From Polyangiaceae bacterium (GTDB lineage: Bacteria > Myxococcota_A > Polyangia > Polyangiales > Polyangiaceae), in assembly GCA_965222375.1 (NCBI GenBank), contig CBDCTZ010000013.1:160001-224000 (forward strand): DNA of 64,000 bases, written 5' to 3'. This document shows, piece by piece, positions 10,678 to 19,652 of this stretch. The notes under the pieces were generated by a model. That model saw only the letters and a program-made list of their open reading frames with translations, made no database searches and was not told the origin of the DNA. A program made the position numbers and the translations under genes. Numbering within the stretch: position 1 is the stretch's first letter; each line of letters begins with the position of its first letter.

Positions 10678-10745
10678 ACATGAATTCTCTGTCGAATCGG
10701 TGTAAGCCCACGCTACGGGGCGACGTTGTGTTCCGAAGGACGGCC

Positions 10746-11744
10746 ATGATCAGACATTTGTTCTTCTCTTTTTTCACTTGGATTTTCGCCCTGGCGCTCG
10801 TCGGCTGTGGCGCGGCTCAAAGCAAACACGCGGCCGAAAGCCCCGACTATGGCGGTGGCGACCGCACGCTGTCCGCAGGCAGCATGGCGCCCGGCGCGAT
10901 GCCCATGGAAGAAGCGGAGCAGGCAGACTACGACGGCGATGCAGTCGCAGACGTGGGCGACGAAATCGTACTTGGGGAAAACTCACCCGCGCCAAAACCC
11001 ATGTATCGAGAGGACGTCGCGGAACCAGCACCCGTCGGCGCCGATAGCCGCGTGGCGCAGAACGTCCCGCCAGCGCCTCCTCCCCCTCCGACGAAACCCA
11101 GCGCCAAGAAGCCTCCCGCAGATCCCGTGCCGGGTGGCAAAGCCAAGCCCGAGGCTCCGTCCGCAGGTGGTGGTGGCAAGGCAGGCACCAAGTCGGACAA
11201 GAAGACCATCGCCGCGCCGATGCTGATCTACACCGCCGAGGTCAACCTCGCGGTCTTCGAGGTCGAGAAGATCTTGGACAACGTCGAGAAGCTCGCCAAA
11301 GACGCAGGTGGCTACCTGGTGGAGCGCCAGGCCCGACGCATCGTGATTCGGGTGCCGTCACGCGACTTCGACGGAGCCATGCTCCAGATCGCTAAACTAG
11401 GCGACGTGCTGCACAAGAACGTGAGCGTGGAAGACGTGACCGAGGAATACTTCGACCTTCAGGTCCGGATCCGGAATCTCCAGGCCGTTCGCGACCGCTT
11501 GGAGCAACTGCTCAAGAAGGCCGACAAGGTGCCCGACGCCATCGCCGTAGAGCGGGAGCTACAACGAGTCACCACCCAGCTAGAGCGGCTCAAGGGGCGC
11601 ATGAAGCTGATCGGCGAACTGGTCCAGTTTTCGACCATCACGGTCAATGTTTCCCCGCGACACACGGAAAAGGTCGGCTCCAAGGTGCGCCTACCCTTCC
11701 CCTGGCTCAACTCCCTCGGTTTGGGAAGGCTGCTGCGGCTATGA
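10746..11744 (+). CDS. DUF4349 domain lipoprotein
   Basis: Lipobox LVGC; LIYTAEVNL, GGYL, IRVP, EDVTEEYFDL, coiled coil, FSTITV. Confidence 0.85.
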   Translation: MIRHLFFSFFTWIFALALVGCGAAQSKHAAESPDYGGGDRTLSAGSMAPGAMPMEEAEQADYDGDAVADVGDEIVLGENSPAPKPMYREDVAEPAPVGADSRVAQNVPPAPPPPPTKPSAKKPPADPVPGGKAKPEAPSAGGGGKAGTKSDKKTIAAPMLIYTAEVNLAVFEVEKILDNVEKLAKDAGGYLVERQARRIVIRVPSRDFDGAMLQIAKLGDVLHKNVSVEDVTEEYFDLQVRIRNLQAVRDRLEQLLKKADKVPDAIAVERELQRVTTQLERLKGRMKLIGELVQFSTITVNVSPRHTEKVGSKVRLPFPWLNSLGLGRLLRL

Positions 11745-11755
11745 GGAGGCTAACC

Positions 11756-12214
11756 ATGAAGCGAACGCTGTGCTGTCTACTCCTGGCATTGACCACCGTC
11801 GGCTGCGGTCATTCCTTCGAAGCCTCTACGCCCCAGGGTTTTGTCGAGCTCGAGGATCAAGAAGAGTACGACTACCGCGCGACCACCGCCGACGGCCTGG
11901 TGATCGCCGTTCGAGAGTTGGAGCACGAACCCAAGGGTACTCAAGACTTTTGGACACGGGCGATCGAAAACCAGCTCCGCCAAAAAGGTGGCTACGCCTT
12001 GCTCGGCAAGCACGACGTGACCACCAAGACCGGCCTGAAGGGCAAGCAGCTTCGCTTCGGTCACGACGAGGGCGGGACGCCCTACTTGTACGTGCTGACC
12101 TTGTTCGTCACGGACGACACGCTCTACTTGATGGAGTCCGGCGGCACCAAAGAGCTCGTCGAACGCCACCGCGAACAACTCGAGTGGGCCATCCAAAACT
12201 TCCGCGCGAAGTAG
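11756..12214 (+). CDS. Hypothetical lipoprotein, likely co-transcribed with the DUF4349 gene
   Basis: AGGAGG upstream of ATG 11756; signal peptide ending TVGC; typical codon usage. Confidence 0.8.
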   Translation: MKRTLCCLLLALTTVGCGHSFEASTPQGFVELEDQEEYDYRATTADGLVIAVRELEHEPKGTQDFWTRAIENQLRQKGGYALLGKHDVTTKTGLKGKQLRFGHDEGGTPYLYVLTLFVTDDTLYLMESGGTKELVERHREQLEWAIQNFRAK

Positions 12215-12358
12215 GCGAGCGTGGCGCAGACCGCGGGCTCACGTCGCAAGCCCCACCGCCATTCCCCTGAAGTAACGCGAGGGTTGCGCAGACCCCCAAG
12301 ACTCACGTCGCAAGCCCCACCGCCATTCGCGAAGTAACGCGAGCGTTGCGCAGAACGC
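12208..12358 (+). repeat. ~61-62 bp tandem repeat (~2.5 copies) starting at the lipoprotein stop codon
   Basis: GAAGTA at 12208, 12269 and 12331; identical 27-mer CTCACGTCGCAAGCCCCACCGCCATTC at 12238 and 12302. Confidence 0.9.
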
Positions 12359-12405
12359 GCGCGGGTGTAGGAGTGACTACGGACCGGGTACGCCGCGTGA
12401 CGGTG

Positions 12406-12727
12406 GGCTGATAGGGAAAAGGGTAGTTCTCGCGTGGTGACCACAAAGGTCCCAGGGCGGGTGGGCAACTTGGTCGGCACACTGAAGGTTCAGTTGCTCA
12501 AATTCTGTACGGTGCCCTCCCATCGGGCGGGAACACTGTGGTCGGGCAACTGCGATGCTGAGTTGCGAAGTTTGCGCCGGCGAGTGATGTCTTGCCGACT
12601 GCTAGGGCTCACCCCTTCGGATATCTCGAAGCGAGTCCGACTGCGGGGGCCTTTTGGGGGCCCGCCGCGTCCGCGTCTCCGCCGGGGCGCCGGCGCCGAA
12701 GTTGTCAGTGCAGCAGCGTGAAATGCG
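12406..12727 (+). repeat. Left arm of a long imperfect inverted repeat flanking the HNH gene
   Basis: Matches the reverse complement of ~14411..14750. Hand counts: 12450..12517 vs 14638..14705 is 53/68 ungapped; 12655..12698 vs 14440..14483 is 39/44. Confidence 0.9.
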
Positions 12728-12956
12728 TACACGGGTGTCGAAGAGTTTCTGACCTTGTGACGCACTTTGTGCTTGACGGGTTTCTGGGTCGCGTCGTTCT
12801 CAACGTCGAGACAGGCGATTCAAGTGTGTGGTGCGCACGCGAGATTGAAGCCCAAGGGCGCTTCGACTTCGAAACGACTTCGCCGCTGGCCGCATCGCCG
12901 AAACGCCCACTGTGTTGCTGCAGTGAAGGCAAATATCCCCGTGTTACGAAGGAAAC

Positions 12957-14312
12957 ATGGACACTCTCGCCTCTCTCAGCAACGAACAACTCCTCGCGCG
13001 GCTGCCGGTGCTTTGCTCCGACGAGCGGCGGGCGACTGCCGAGGTCATCGTGTATTTGGCGGAGGTTGAGCGTCGAAAACTCTACCTCCAGGAGGCCTGT
13101 TCCTCGCTGTTTGCGTTCTGCGTCGAGCGGCTTGGCTACTCGGAGCAAGCTGCCCTGAAGCGAATGCGCGTAGCTCGTCTGTACCTGGAGTTGCCGCAGA
13201 TCCTCGATGAGCTGAAGAACGGGGCGATCCACCTGACCGGGCTCTTCCTGCTCTCGGGTCATCTAGACGAACACAATGTGGAGTCGCTGCTGGCCGAGGC
13301 TCGCGGCAAGACCCGGCGTGAGCTCGAAGTCGTGATTGCGCGATGGTTCCCCAAGCCTGATGTCCTGGCCAGCATCACTCCGCTCGGGGCGGAATCAACT
13401 CGTCTTGGGATAGGTGCAATCGCTGCTGATTCCGCGAAGAGCGAAGGTCCCGCCGAAACGGATGGCATCACCTATCCTGGGACAAGCGATTGCCTCGACC
13501 TCACCGGAATCGCGAGCGGCACTATCTATCCCGGGACGAGTGAATCTCACGGAAACGGCCGAGGTCGCCAAGCGGCGCGCGGCCGAGTGCAGCCGCTTTC
13601 CGCGCAGAGCTACCGCGTGGAGTTCACGGCTAGCGCGGACCTCAAGGCGAAACTCGAACACGCCCAAAACTTGCTCAGCCACGCCGTGGCGCCGGGGAAC
13701 CTGGGAGAGCTTTTCGAGCGTGCGTTGGACGAGCTCATCGCGAAGGAGACCAAGCGCCGACAGGGCGCTGTGAGCGACAAACCACGCAAGCTCCGGTCGC
13801 TCAAGGAAGGCTCACGACACGTGCCGGTCTCGGTGGCTCGAGAGGTGTGGGAGCGTGACGAGTCCCAATGCACCTTTGTCGACGCGCACGGACGGCGCTG
13901 CAGTGAGAAGCGCTATGTGACGTTGGAACACGTAGACCCACATGCTCGCGGTGGCCCTCCCAGTGTCCACAATCTCTGCCTACTTTGCGGACCTCACAAC
14001 CAAGACGCGGCCAGGCGCGAGTTCGGCGAGGACCACATCCAGCGCAAGCAGCGGGAGCGCGAAGCGTATTCGAAAACGGGCAAAGTGCTGGTTGGCCTCG
14101 GATTCAAACGCAAGCAGGTCAACTCCGCACTGGAAACGCTTCGAGAGCGCGGAACTGAGCCCGAAGTCGAGGCACTGCTGCGACACGCCGTCGCGTTGCT
14201 CCATCCAGTCAAACGGATCTCACCGCACTCCGCCGTCGACGAGAAACCAGCCGAGTCGAGGGCGTACGCTCAACCGCGCCGCGCTCCTGCGCAAGAATCC
14301 GTTGCACTGTAG
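12957..14312 (+). CDS. HNH endonuclease with helical DUF222-like N-terminus and RuvA-C-terminal-like tail
   Basis: N-terminal LSNEQLL...LAEVERRKLY...CSSLFAFCVERLGYSE; HNH core VWERDESQCTF...C...EHVDP...GG...NLCLLCGPHN; tail LVGLGFKRKQVNSAL...EALLRHAVALL. Confidence 0.9.
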   Translation: MDTLASLSNEQLLARLPVLCSDERRATAEVIVYLAEVERRKLYLQEACSSLFAFCVERLGYSEQAALKRMRVARLYLELPQILDELKNGAIHLTGLFLLSGHLDEHNVESLLAEARGKTRRELEVVIARWFPKPDVLASITPLGAESTRLGIGAIAADSAKSEGPAETDGITYPGTSDCLDLTGIASGTIYPGTSESHGNGRGRQAARGRVQPLSAQSYRVEFTASADLKAKLEHAQNLLSHAVAPGNLGELFERALDELIAKETKRRQGAVSDKPRKLRSLKEGSRHVPVSVAREVWERDESQCTFVDAHGRRCSEKRYVTLEHVDPHARGGPPSVHNLCLLCGPHNQDAARREFGEDHIQRKQREREAYSKTGKVLVGLGFKRKQVNSALETLRERGTEPEVEALLRHAVALLHPVKRISPHSAVDEKPAESRAYAQPRRAPAQESVAL

Positions 14313-14410
14313 CGACGGCAGCCGCGGGCGCAGCAGCGTTTTGAAAGCATTGGCTCACGCCGCGCCTTAGGGTGCACCGATGACTGCGCCCACCCGGCGC
14401 GAGCGCCGCT

Positions 14411-14750
14411 CGCGCTCCGCGCTCTTTCGCTGATACGCACGGCGCCGGCGCCCCGGCGGAGGTGCGGATGTGGTGGGCCCCCAAGGCCCGCCCGCACCCC
14501 GGCGGAGGTGCGGATGTGGTGGGCCCCCAAGGCCCGCCCGCACCGCAGCCCCCAACAGTCGAGACGACGCCACCCGCCGGCGCGAATCTCCGCAACTCAG
14601 CATCGCGGTCGCCCGACAAGTTGTCCCACCCGGGGCGGGCCTCCGTACAGATTTTGCGCAACCAAGTCCGCAGTGTGCCGAACAAGGTCCCCCCCCACCC
14701 TGGGATTCTTGTGGCTGCAGGTTGTGCAAGTCCGCTTCTCCCTATCAGCC
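14411..14750 (-). repeat. Right arm of the long imperfect inverted repeat
   Basis: Reverse complement begins GGCTGATAGGGA like the left arm and shares TCGGCACACTG, TCTGTACGG, GCGATGCTGAGTTGCG and CTCCGCCGGGGCGCCGGCGCCG. Confidence 0.9.
14451..14544. repeat. Exact 46-bp tandem duplication inside the right arm
   Basis: CCCCGGCGGAGGTGCGGATGTGGTGGGCCCCCAAGGCCCGCCCGCA at 14451 and 14497. Confidence 0.95.
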
Positions 14751-15012
14751 TCCCGAAGTTCGGCGGGGCGGGGCGGTTGCCGTGACGGGAGGCCGGTCGC
14801 TGGTCGACGCCTGGCTCCCTCGTCCTCCGCCAGCGAAAGGCGCGAAGCAGGAGAAAGAAGTGAAGCTCCAGGTGCTTCACAGGCCCAATAGCTCGGGCAA
14901 TCTCTCGTCCTCCGCCAAAGGAACGTCCAACGACTCGCCTGCACGTGATGCCCCACCTCGCACCGCGATGAACCGTCGATGACGGCAGCCTCCGGCACAT
15001 CCCCCCAAAAAC

Positions 15013-15198
15013 ACCCGCAACCACGCGATAGCTGCGACGGATTCCTAATCGCCAATGACGAGCCGCACAATCTCAAACAACCACCCGCGACCACTCCGTC
15101 GATCAAACTGCGTCGGAATTCCAGAAGCCAACCCGCGACCACTCCATCGGTCAAACTGCATCGGAGTTCCAGAAGCCAACGACGAATCGCGCAATCTA
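15013..15198. repeat. 48-bp tandem repeat plus a degenerate copy, abutting the stop codon of the minus-strand membrane gene
   Basis: ACCCGCGACCACTCC...TTCCAGAAGCCA at 15083 and 15131; degenerate copy at ~15013-15073. Confidence 0.85.
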
Positions 15199-16554
15199 GT
15201 CCGGTTGGTGCAAGATACGCTGGCTGGCGTCGGAGTGGTAGTACTTGCCCAGAGTGGGTCGAGAGAAGCTCAGCGCGCCGAAACTGTTGACCGCGATACT
15301 CCAAATCAGGCCGAGCCAGAACAGCCAGCGCATGCGGTAGCCGCCGATGGCGAACAAGCAGATCAAGAGCAGAGCGTAGTCGTTGGAGAAACGGTATCCG
15401 AACTGCATCCACCCCGTGTTCTGATAGAACAGGGTCGGAACGGCGACTGCGAGGACCGAAATCCAGAGCGCGAAGTGCAGCTTCGTCGCGCGCCGCGGCC
15501 AGAGCAGCCACAGATACAGCGGGGTCGTCACCCACAGGGCAAGACCGTGATGGCTGATCTGAAAAGGGGCGCCGGCTGGGGTCTTCACCAGCCAGGGCAA
15601 GCTGGTCAGCACGACCGCGAGGTTGCGCGGCAAGTAGTGATAGGAAAACAGGCCCCACTTCTCCATTCGGCCTCGCCAAGCCACGGTGAGGAAGCGGTAG
15701 CCAAACTCGAACGGATCATGAAAACGCGCGTGGTTGTGCCACAGCATGACGGCGAGCACTGCGAGGGCGGGGATTGCGAACAAGACCAGGCGCTGGATGC
15801 AGGCTCGCGCATCCAAAGACTGCCAAAAGGCGCGCACTCGGGCGATGACGCCGTTGGCTTGCGGGTCGGAGCCCGTGTCCGCTGCCGTGCGACTGACCCG
15901 AATGGCTTCCAACAAGAACAGAGGCGCTGCGAATACGAGGGGGGAGCGGGTAGCGAATGCCAGCCCCAACATCAGACCGGCAAGCAGCGGCCGCTCAGCG
16001 TTGAGGGCAAACAGAACGTAGAGCGCCAACAGAGCGACACCAACGACGTGCGCTGCAAACCACACCGTGCCCTGCAACACGGTGAAAAAGTAGACAGTGC
16101 CGAAGGCAAAGAGCACGGCTAGGACAACGTTGGCTTCCGTGCTCTTGCGCCCGATCTCCATGCGACGAAGTTTCTCGAGAACCAGAAACAGCACCGCTGG
16201 ACCGATCCCGCCAAGCCAAATGAAAAACTGGCCATCTTGAACCTCGGCGGCGGAGCCGCCCAACTTGACCAGAGGCACGAGCAGCACCGCCGGGAAAGCA
16301 GGAAAAGTGACGAACCACTTGCCTTCGAAGCTCGCGAAATCGTTGTTCTGTGCGTAAGCGGGTGGCGCACCGCCGAGATCTAGGCGCCCCTGCAGCCAAG
16401 CCTCCGCCAGCAGCGCGAAGTGGTTGAAGGGTGTGTGAACCGAGAGCGTCTGCTTGGCGGCGAGCGCGAAGTACACGCCGGTTGCCACAGCGTAGATCAG
16501 GATCGCGACGACGAGGCGTCGCGGACGCGCGTCCTCCATCAAGCGCCGCCACAT
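15196..16554 (-). CDS. Polytopic membrane protein, possibly a GT-C fold glycosyltransferase
   Basis: Many hydrophobic segments; HFALLAEAWLQGRL, FPAFPA, QFGYRFSNDY. Confidence 0.7.
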   Translation of the reverse strand: MWRRLMEDARPRRLVVAILIYAVATGVYFALAAKQTLSVHTPFNHFALLAEAWLQGRLDLGGAPPAYAQNNDFASFEGKWFVTFPAFPAVLLVPLVKLGGSAAEVQDGQFFIWLGGIGPAVLFLVLEKLRRMEIGRKSTEANVVLAVLFAFGTVYFFTVLQGTVWFAAHVVGVALLALYVLFALNAERPLLAGLMLGLAFATRSPLVFAAPLFLLEAIRVSRTAADTGSDPQANGVIARVRAFWQSLDARACIQRLVLFAIPALAVLAVMLWHNHARFHDPFEFGYRFLTVAWRGRMEKWGLFSYHYLPRNLAVVLTSLPWLVKTPAGAPFQISHHGLALWVTTPLYLWLLWPRRATKLHFALWISVLAVAVPTLFYQNTGWMQFGYRFSNDYALLLICLFAIGGYRMRWLFWLGLIWSIAVNSFGALSFSRPTLGKYYHSDASQRILHQPD

Positions 16555-16627
16555 GGCCGGCTGACGCTAGCACGAGGCCCACCCGTTCCGTGCGACCGCC
16601 GCGACAGGGGCGGCGCCAGATGCTAGG

Positions 16628-17278
16628 TTGGCGGACGCCGTGTCGAAGCCCCACTTCGTCGTTCCGGTCCGGGATTTGGAGGACGGACCCAGGACCGTTG
16701 AGTTCGAGCTCAGCGACGCATTCTTGCGCGGCGTTTTCGAGGGCACCGAGGCCGTGTGGGCTGGGCCCGGAAGTGTCGAGGTGGAGCTGACCAAGAACGG
16801 GCGAGAGGTCATGGTTCGGGGTCATGCCTCCGTTGACGTCACGATGCCCTGCGCGCGCACGATGGCGCCGGTTCCGGTGGCGCTGCGTCCGGATATTTTC
16901 CTAATGCTTTCGCAGAGTTCCAGTGAGAGCAGCCTGCGCAAGGAGCGACCGCGCAAGGGCCGCCGTGGCAAGAAGGGCCAACCGGCGGCAAAGAAGGCAA
17001 CCAACAAGAAAGAGCGCTCCAAGGGCTGGTCCAGCGACCCGACTCTGTCCGAGGGCGACACCGCCATGGACAGCTACGACGGCGAAGAAGTGGTGCTCGA
17101 CAGCTTCGTCCGGGAGTTCATCCTGCTGGACCTGCCGATGAACCCGGTGTCTTCGGACTTGCCAACCGAGGAAAATGCCGCTATCCCCCGCCCTCCCGCG
17201 GAGCCGAGCGACAAGCCCATCGACCCGAGACTGGCACCGTTGGCGGCAATCGCCGCACGACTCCGCAAAGACGAATAG
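16628..17278 (+). CDS. yceD: DUF177/YceD family protein
   Basis: PCART, VREFILLDLPMNP, C-terminal IDPRLAPL; directly upstream of rpmF. Confidence 0.85.
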   Translation: MADAVSKPHFVVPVRDLEDGPRTVEFELSDAFLRGVFEGTEAVWAGPGSVEVELTKNGREVMVRGHASVDVTMPCARTMAPVPVALRPDIFLMLSQSSSESSLRKERPRKGRRGKKGQPAAKKATNKKERSKGWSSDPTLSEGDTAMDSYDGEEVVLDSFVREFILLDLPMNPVSSDLPTEENAAIPRPPAEPSDKPIDPRLAPLAAIAARLRKDE

Positions 17279-17292
17279 CTAGGAGCTACGCC

Positions 17293-17484
17293 GTGGCCGT
17301 CCCCAAGCGCAGAAAGACCGGAAGCAAGCGCAACATGCGCCGCGCGAACCACGACAAGGTGGTTTCACCCAATATCGTGCCCTGCCCTAACTGCTCGGCT
17401 CCGATGACGTCGCATCGGGCCTGCCCGTCCTGCGGGTTTTACAAAGGCCGCTCGGTCGTCAAGTCCGATAGCACCGAGAGCTAA
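17293..17484 (+). CDS. rpmF: 50S ribosomal protein L32 (Zn-binding type)
   Basis: MAVPKRR...CPNC...HRACPSCGFYKG. Confidence 0.97.
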   Translation: MAVPKRRKTGSKRNMRRANHDKVVSPNIVPCPNCSAPMTSHRACPSCGFYKGRSVVKSDSTES

Positions 17485-17544
17485 ACGCTCACAGCTGGTT
17501 GAACCATTTCGCGTGACCCGGCCGGCCGTTCGTTATACGAACGG

Positions 17545-18540
17545 GTGATGGACGCCACGCCGAAAAGCCGCCTTGCCGGCACCGGAGCCTACGTTCCGGA
17601 GCAGGTGCTGACGAATTTCGACCTGGAAAAACGCGTCGATACGTCCGACGAGTGGATACGAGAGCGAACCGGGATCCGTGAGCGTCGAATCGCCGCGCCC
17701 GACGAGGCGTCCAGCGATATGGCGCTGGAGGCGGCACGGCGCGCACTTTCTGCGGCAGGGATGACCGCTGACGACCTGGACATGATCATTGTCGGGACGA
17801 TCAGCCCGGACATGCACCTGCCAGCCTGCGCGGCTTTTCTACAGCAAAAGCTCGGAGCCAAACAGATCCCGGCCTTCGATGTCGCAGCGGCCTGTGCGGG
17901 CTTCGTCTACGCCATGAGCATTGGGGATCAGTTCATTCGCTCGGGAGCCTGCAAGAACGTCCTGATCGTCGGGGTGGAGCTGCTGTCACGAGTGCTCAAC
18001 TGGAAAGACCGAACGACTTGCGTGTTGTTCGGAGACGGCGCGGGTGCCGCCATCATGACCACGAACACCGATGGGGATCGGGGCGTTCTTTCGACCAAGC
18101 TGTACACGGACTCCAGCCTGGCGGAGAGCTTGTGCATCCCTGCGGGCGGTAGCAAAGAGCCCATCGACGATCGCAGCATCGCCGAGGCGCGCGACAAAGT
18201 GCACATGATCGGCGGCGACATCTTCAAAGTCGCTGTGCGGAACCTCACGAGCGCTTCCCGAGAAGCCCTGGAGGCGGCGGGGCTACAGGCCGGCGATATC
18301 GATTGGGTGGTTCCCCACCAAGCGAACCATCGCATTTTGAGCCAAGTGGCTCAGCGCCTGGCGATCCCCCTGAATCGCTTCGTGCTCAACATCGAGCGCT
18401 ACGGCAACACTTCCAGCGCCAGCATTCCCATCGCTTTGGACGAGGCCGTGCGGGACGGACGAATCAAGCCCGGACAGAGCGTGCTGATGTGCGCGCTGGG
18501 CGCCGGGATCTCGTGGGCTAGCGCCCTCGTCCGCGTGTAG
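17545..18540 (+). CDS. fabH: 3-oxoacyl-ACP synthase III
   Basis: DTSDEWIRERTGI, AACAGF, LFGDGAGA, PHQAN, YGNTSSAS. Confidence 0.97.
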   Translation: MMDATPKSRLAGTGAYVPEQVLTNFDLEKRVDTSDEWIRERTGIRERRIAAPDEASSDMALEAARRALSAAGMTADDLDMIIVGTISPDMHLPACAAFLQQKLGAKQIPAFDVAAACAGFVYAMSIGDQFIRSGACKNVLIVGVELLSRVLNWKDRTTCVLFGDGAGAAIMTTNTDGDRGVLSTKLYTDSSLAESLCIPAGGSKEPIDDRSIAEARDKVHMIGGDIFKVAVRNLTSASREALEAAGLQAGDIDWVVPHQANHRILSQVAQRLAIPLNRFVLNIERYGNTSSASIPIALDEAVRDGRIKPGQSVLMCALGAGISWASALVRV

Positions 18541-18606
18541 TATCGGCGCGGCGCGAGCCGACAGGCCACCCCAAGTGACGGCCGGGGCGTCCCCAAGGAG
18601 ACCGAA

Positions 18607-19542
18607 ATGAAAATCGCATGGTTGTTCCCAGGACAGGGCACACAACACGTTTCGATGGGCAAGGCGCTTTTCGACGCGTCTGGAGCAGCCAGAAAGGTGT
18701 TCGAACGCGCAGACGCCGCGCTGGATTGGAAGTTGAGCGCGCTCATGTTCGAAGGGCCGGAGGCTGAACTGACGCTGACGAAGAACACCCAACCGGCGGT
18801 GGTCACGGCCAGCATTGCGGCTCTGGAGGCCCTGCGCGAGGCCAAGCCCGACCTGGCTCCACCGGACTTCGTCGCGGGACACTCGCTGGGGGAGTATTCC
18901 GCGCTGGTCGCTGCTGATGCCCTCAGTCTGGAAGATGCGGTGCGCCTGGTACATCGCCGCGGGGCGGCCATGCAGGACGCCGTGCCCCAGGGCCAGGGCG
19001 CGATGGCTGCCATCATGGGCGCGGACCGACAAGCCGTGGAAGATTTGTGTCGCGAGGCGGCCGACGGGGGCGTGGTCAGCGCGGCGAACTTCAATGCGCC
19101 CGGACAGATCGTCATCGCCGGTAGCGCCGACGCCGTGGAGCGCGCTCGTACCCTGGCTGGTGAGCGAAAGATGAAGGCGATCCCGCTCAAAGTGAGCGCT
19201 CCCTTTCATTGCGCGCTGATGGCGCCAGCGGCGGAGGTGGTGCGCCAGGCACTCAGCGATGTGACCGTGAAGGACCCAGCCGTTCCGGTCGTCTCGAACG
19301 TGACAGGCAAGCCCACCACTTCCGCGTCGGAGGTCACGGAGCTGCTCGTGCGCCAGATCGACGCCCCGGTCCTGTGGCAACAGAGCGTCGGGTTCATGGC
19401 AGACGACGGAGTCACGCAGGCCCTCGAAATCGGCCCGGGTCGAGTGCTGGCTGGGTTGGTCAGGCGCAGCGACAAGCGGCTGGCGGTGCAGGGCGTATCC
19501 GACCCCGCCAACGTAGCTAAGGCTTTGGAATTGCTACAGTAA
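18607..19542 (+). CDS. fabD: Malonyl-CoA:ACP transacylase
   Basis: FPGQG, TQPA, GHSLGEY, VSAPFH. Confidence 0.97.
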   Translation: MKIAWLFPGQGTQHVSMGKALFDASGAARKVFERADAALDWKLSALMFEGPEAELTLTKNTQPAVVTASIAALEALREAKPDLAPPDFVAGHSLGEYSALVAADALSLEDAVRLVHRRGAAMQDAVPQGQGAMAAIMGADRQAVEDLCREAADGGVVSAANFNAPGQIVIAGSADAVERARTLAGERKMKAIPLKVSAPFHCALMAPAAEVVRQALSDVTVKDPAVPVVSNVTGKPTTSASEVTELLVRQIDAPVLWQQSVGFMADDGVTQALEIGPGRVLAGLVRRSDKRLAVQGVSDPANVAKALELLQ

Positions 19543-19652
19543 GTGCCTGGTGCGCTAGTGAGGTCGGCTGAGGGGCCGAAATGGGCTCATCTTTCGCAGT
19601 TGACCGCGCGCGGGGCGTGGTAAACACGGCCCCGCTTCGGCCTCAGCCAGTC

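Larger units (their letters stand above)
12406..14750 (+). mobile_element. Putative selfish element: HNH endonuclease gene within long inverted repeats
   Basis: A single nuclease gene between ~320-340 bp inverted arms, in an unusually long gap between convergent genes. Mobility is inferred; no target-site duplication was identified. Confidence 0.5.

Noticed and set aside
12434..12721. Similar short ORFs in the two arms (12434..12721 and 14209..15024)
   Set aside because: The similarity follows from the DNA repeat; many changes are non-synonymous and indels break the frame, so I treat them as non-coding.
12208..15198. CRISPR array interpretation of the repeats around the HNH gene
   Set aside because: Only 2-3 copies each, whole units are similar with no unique spacers, and no cas genes are present.
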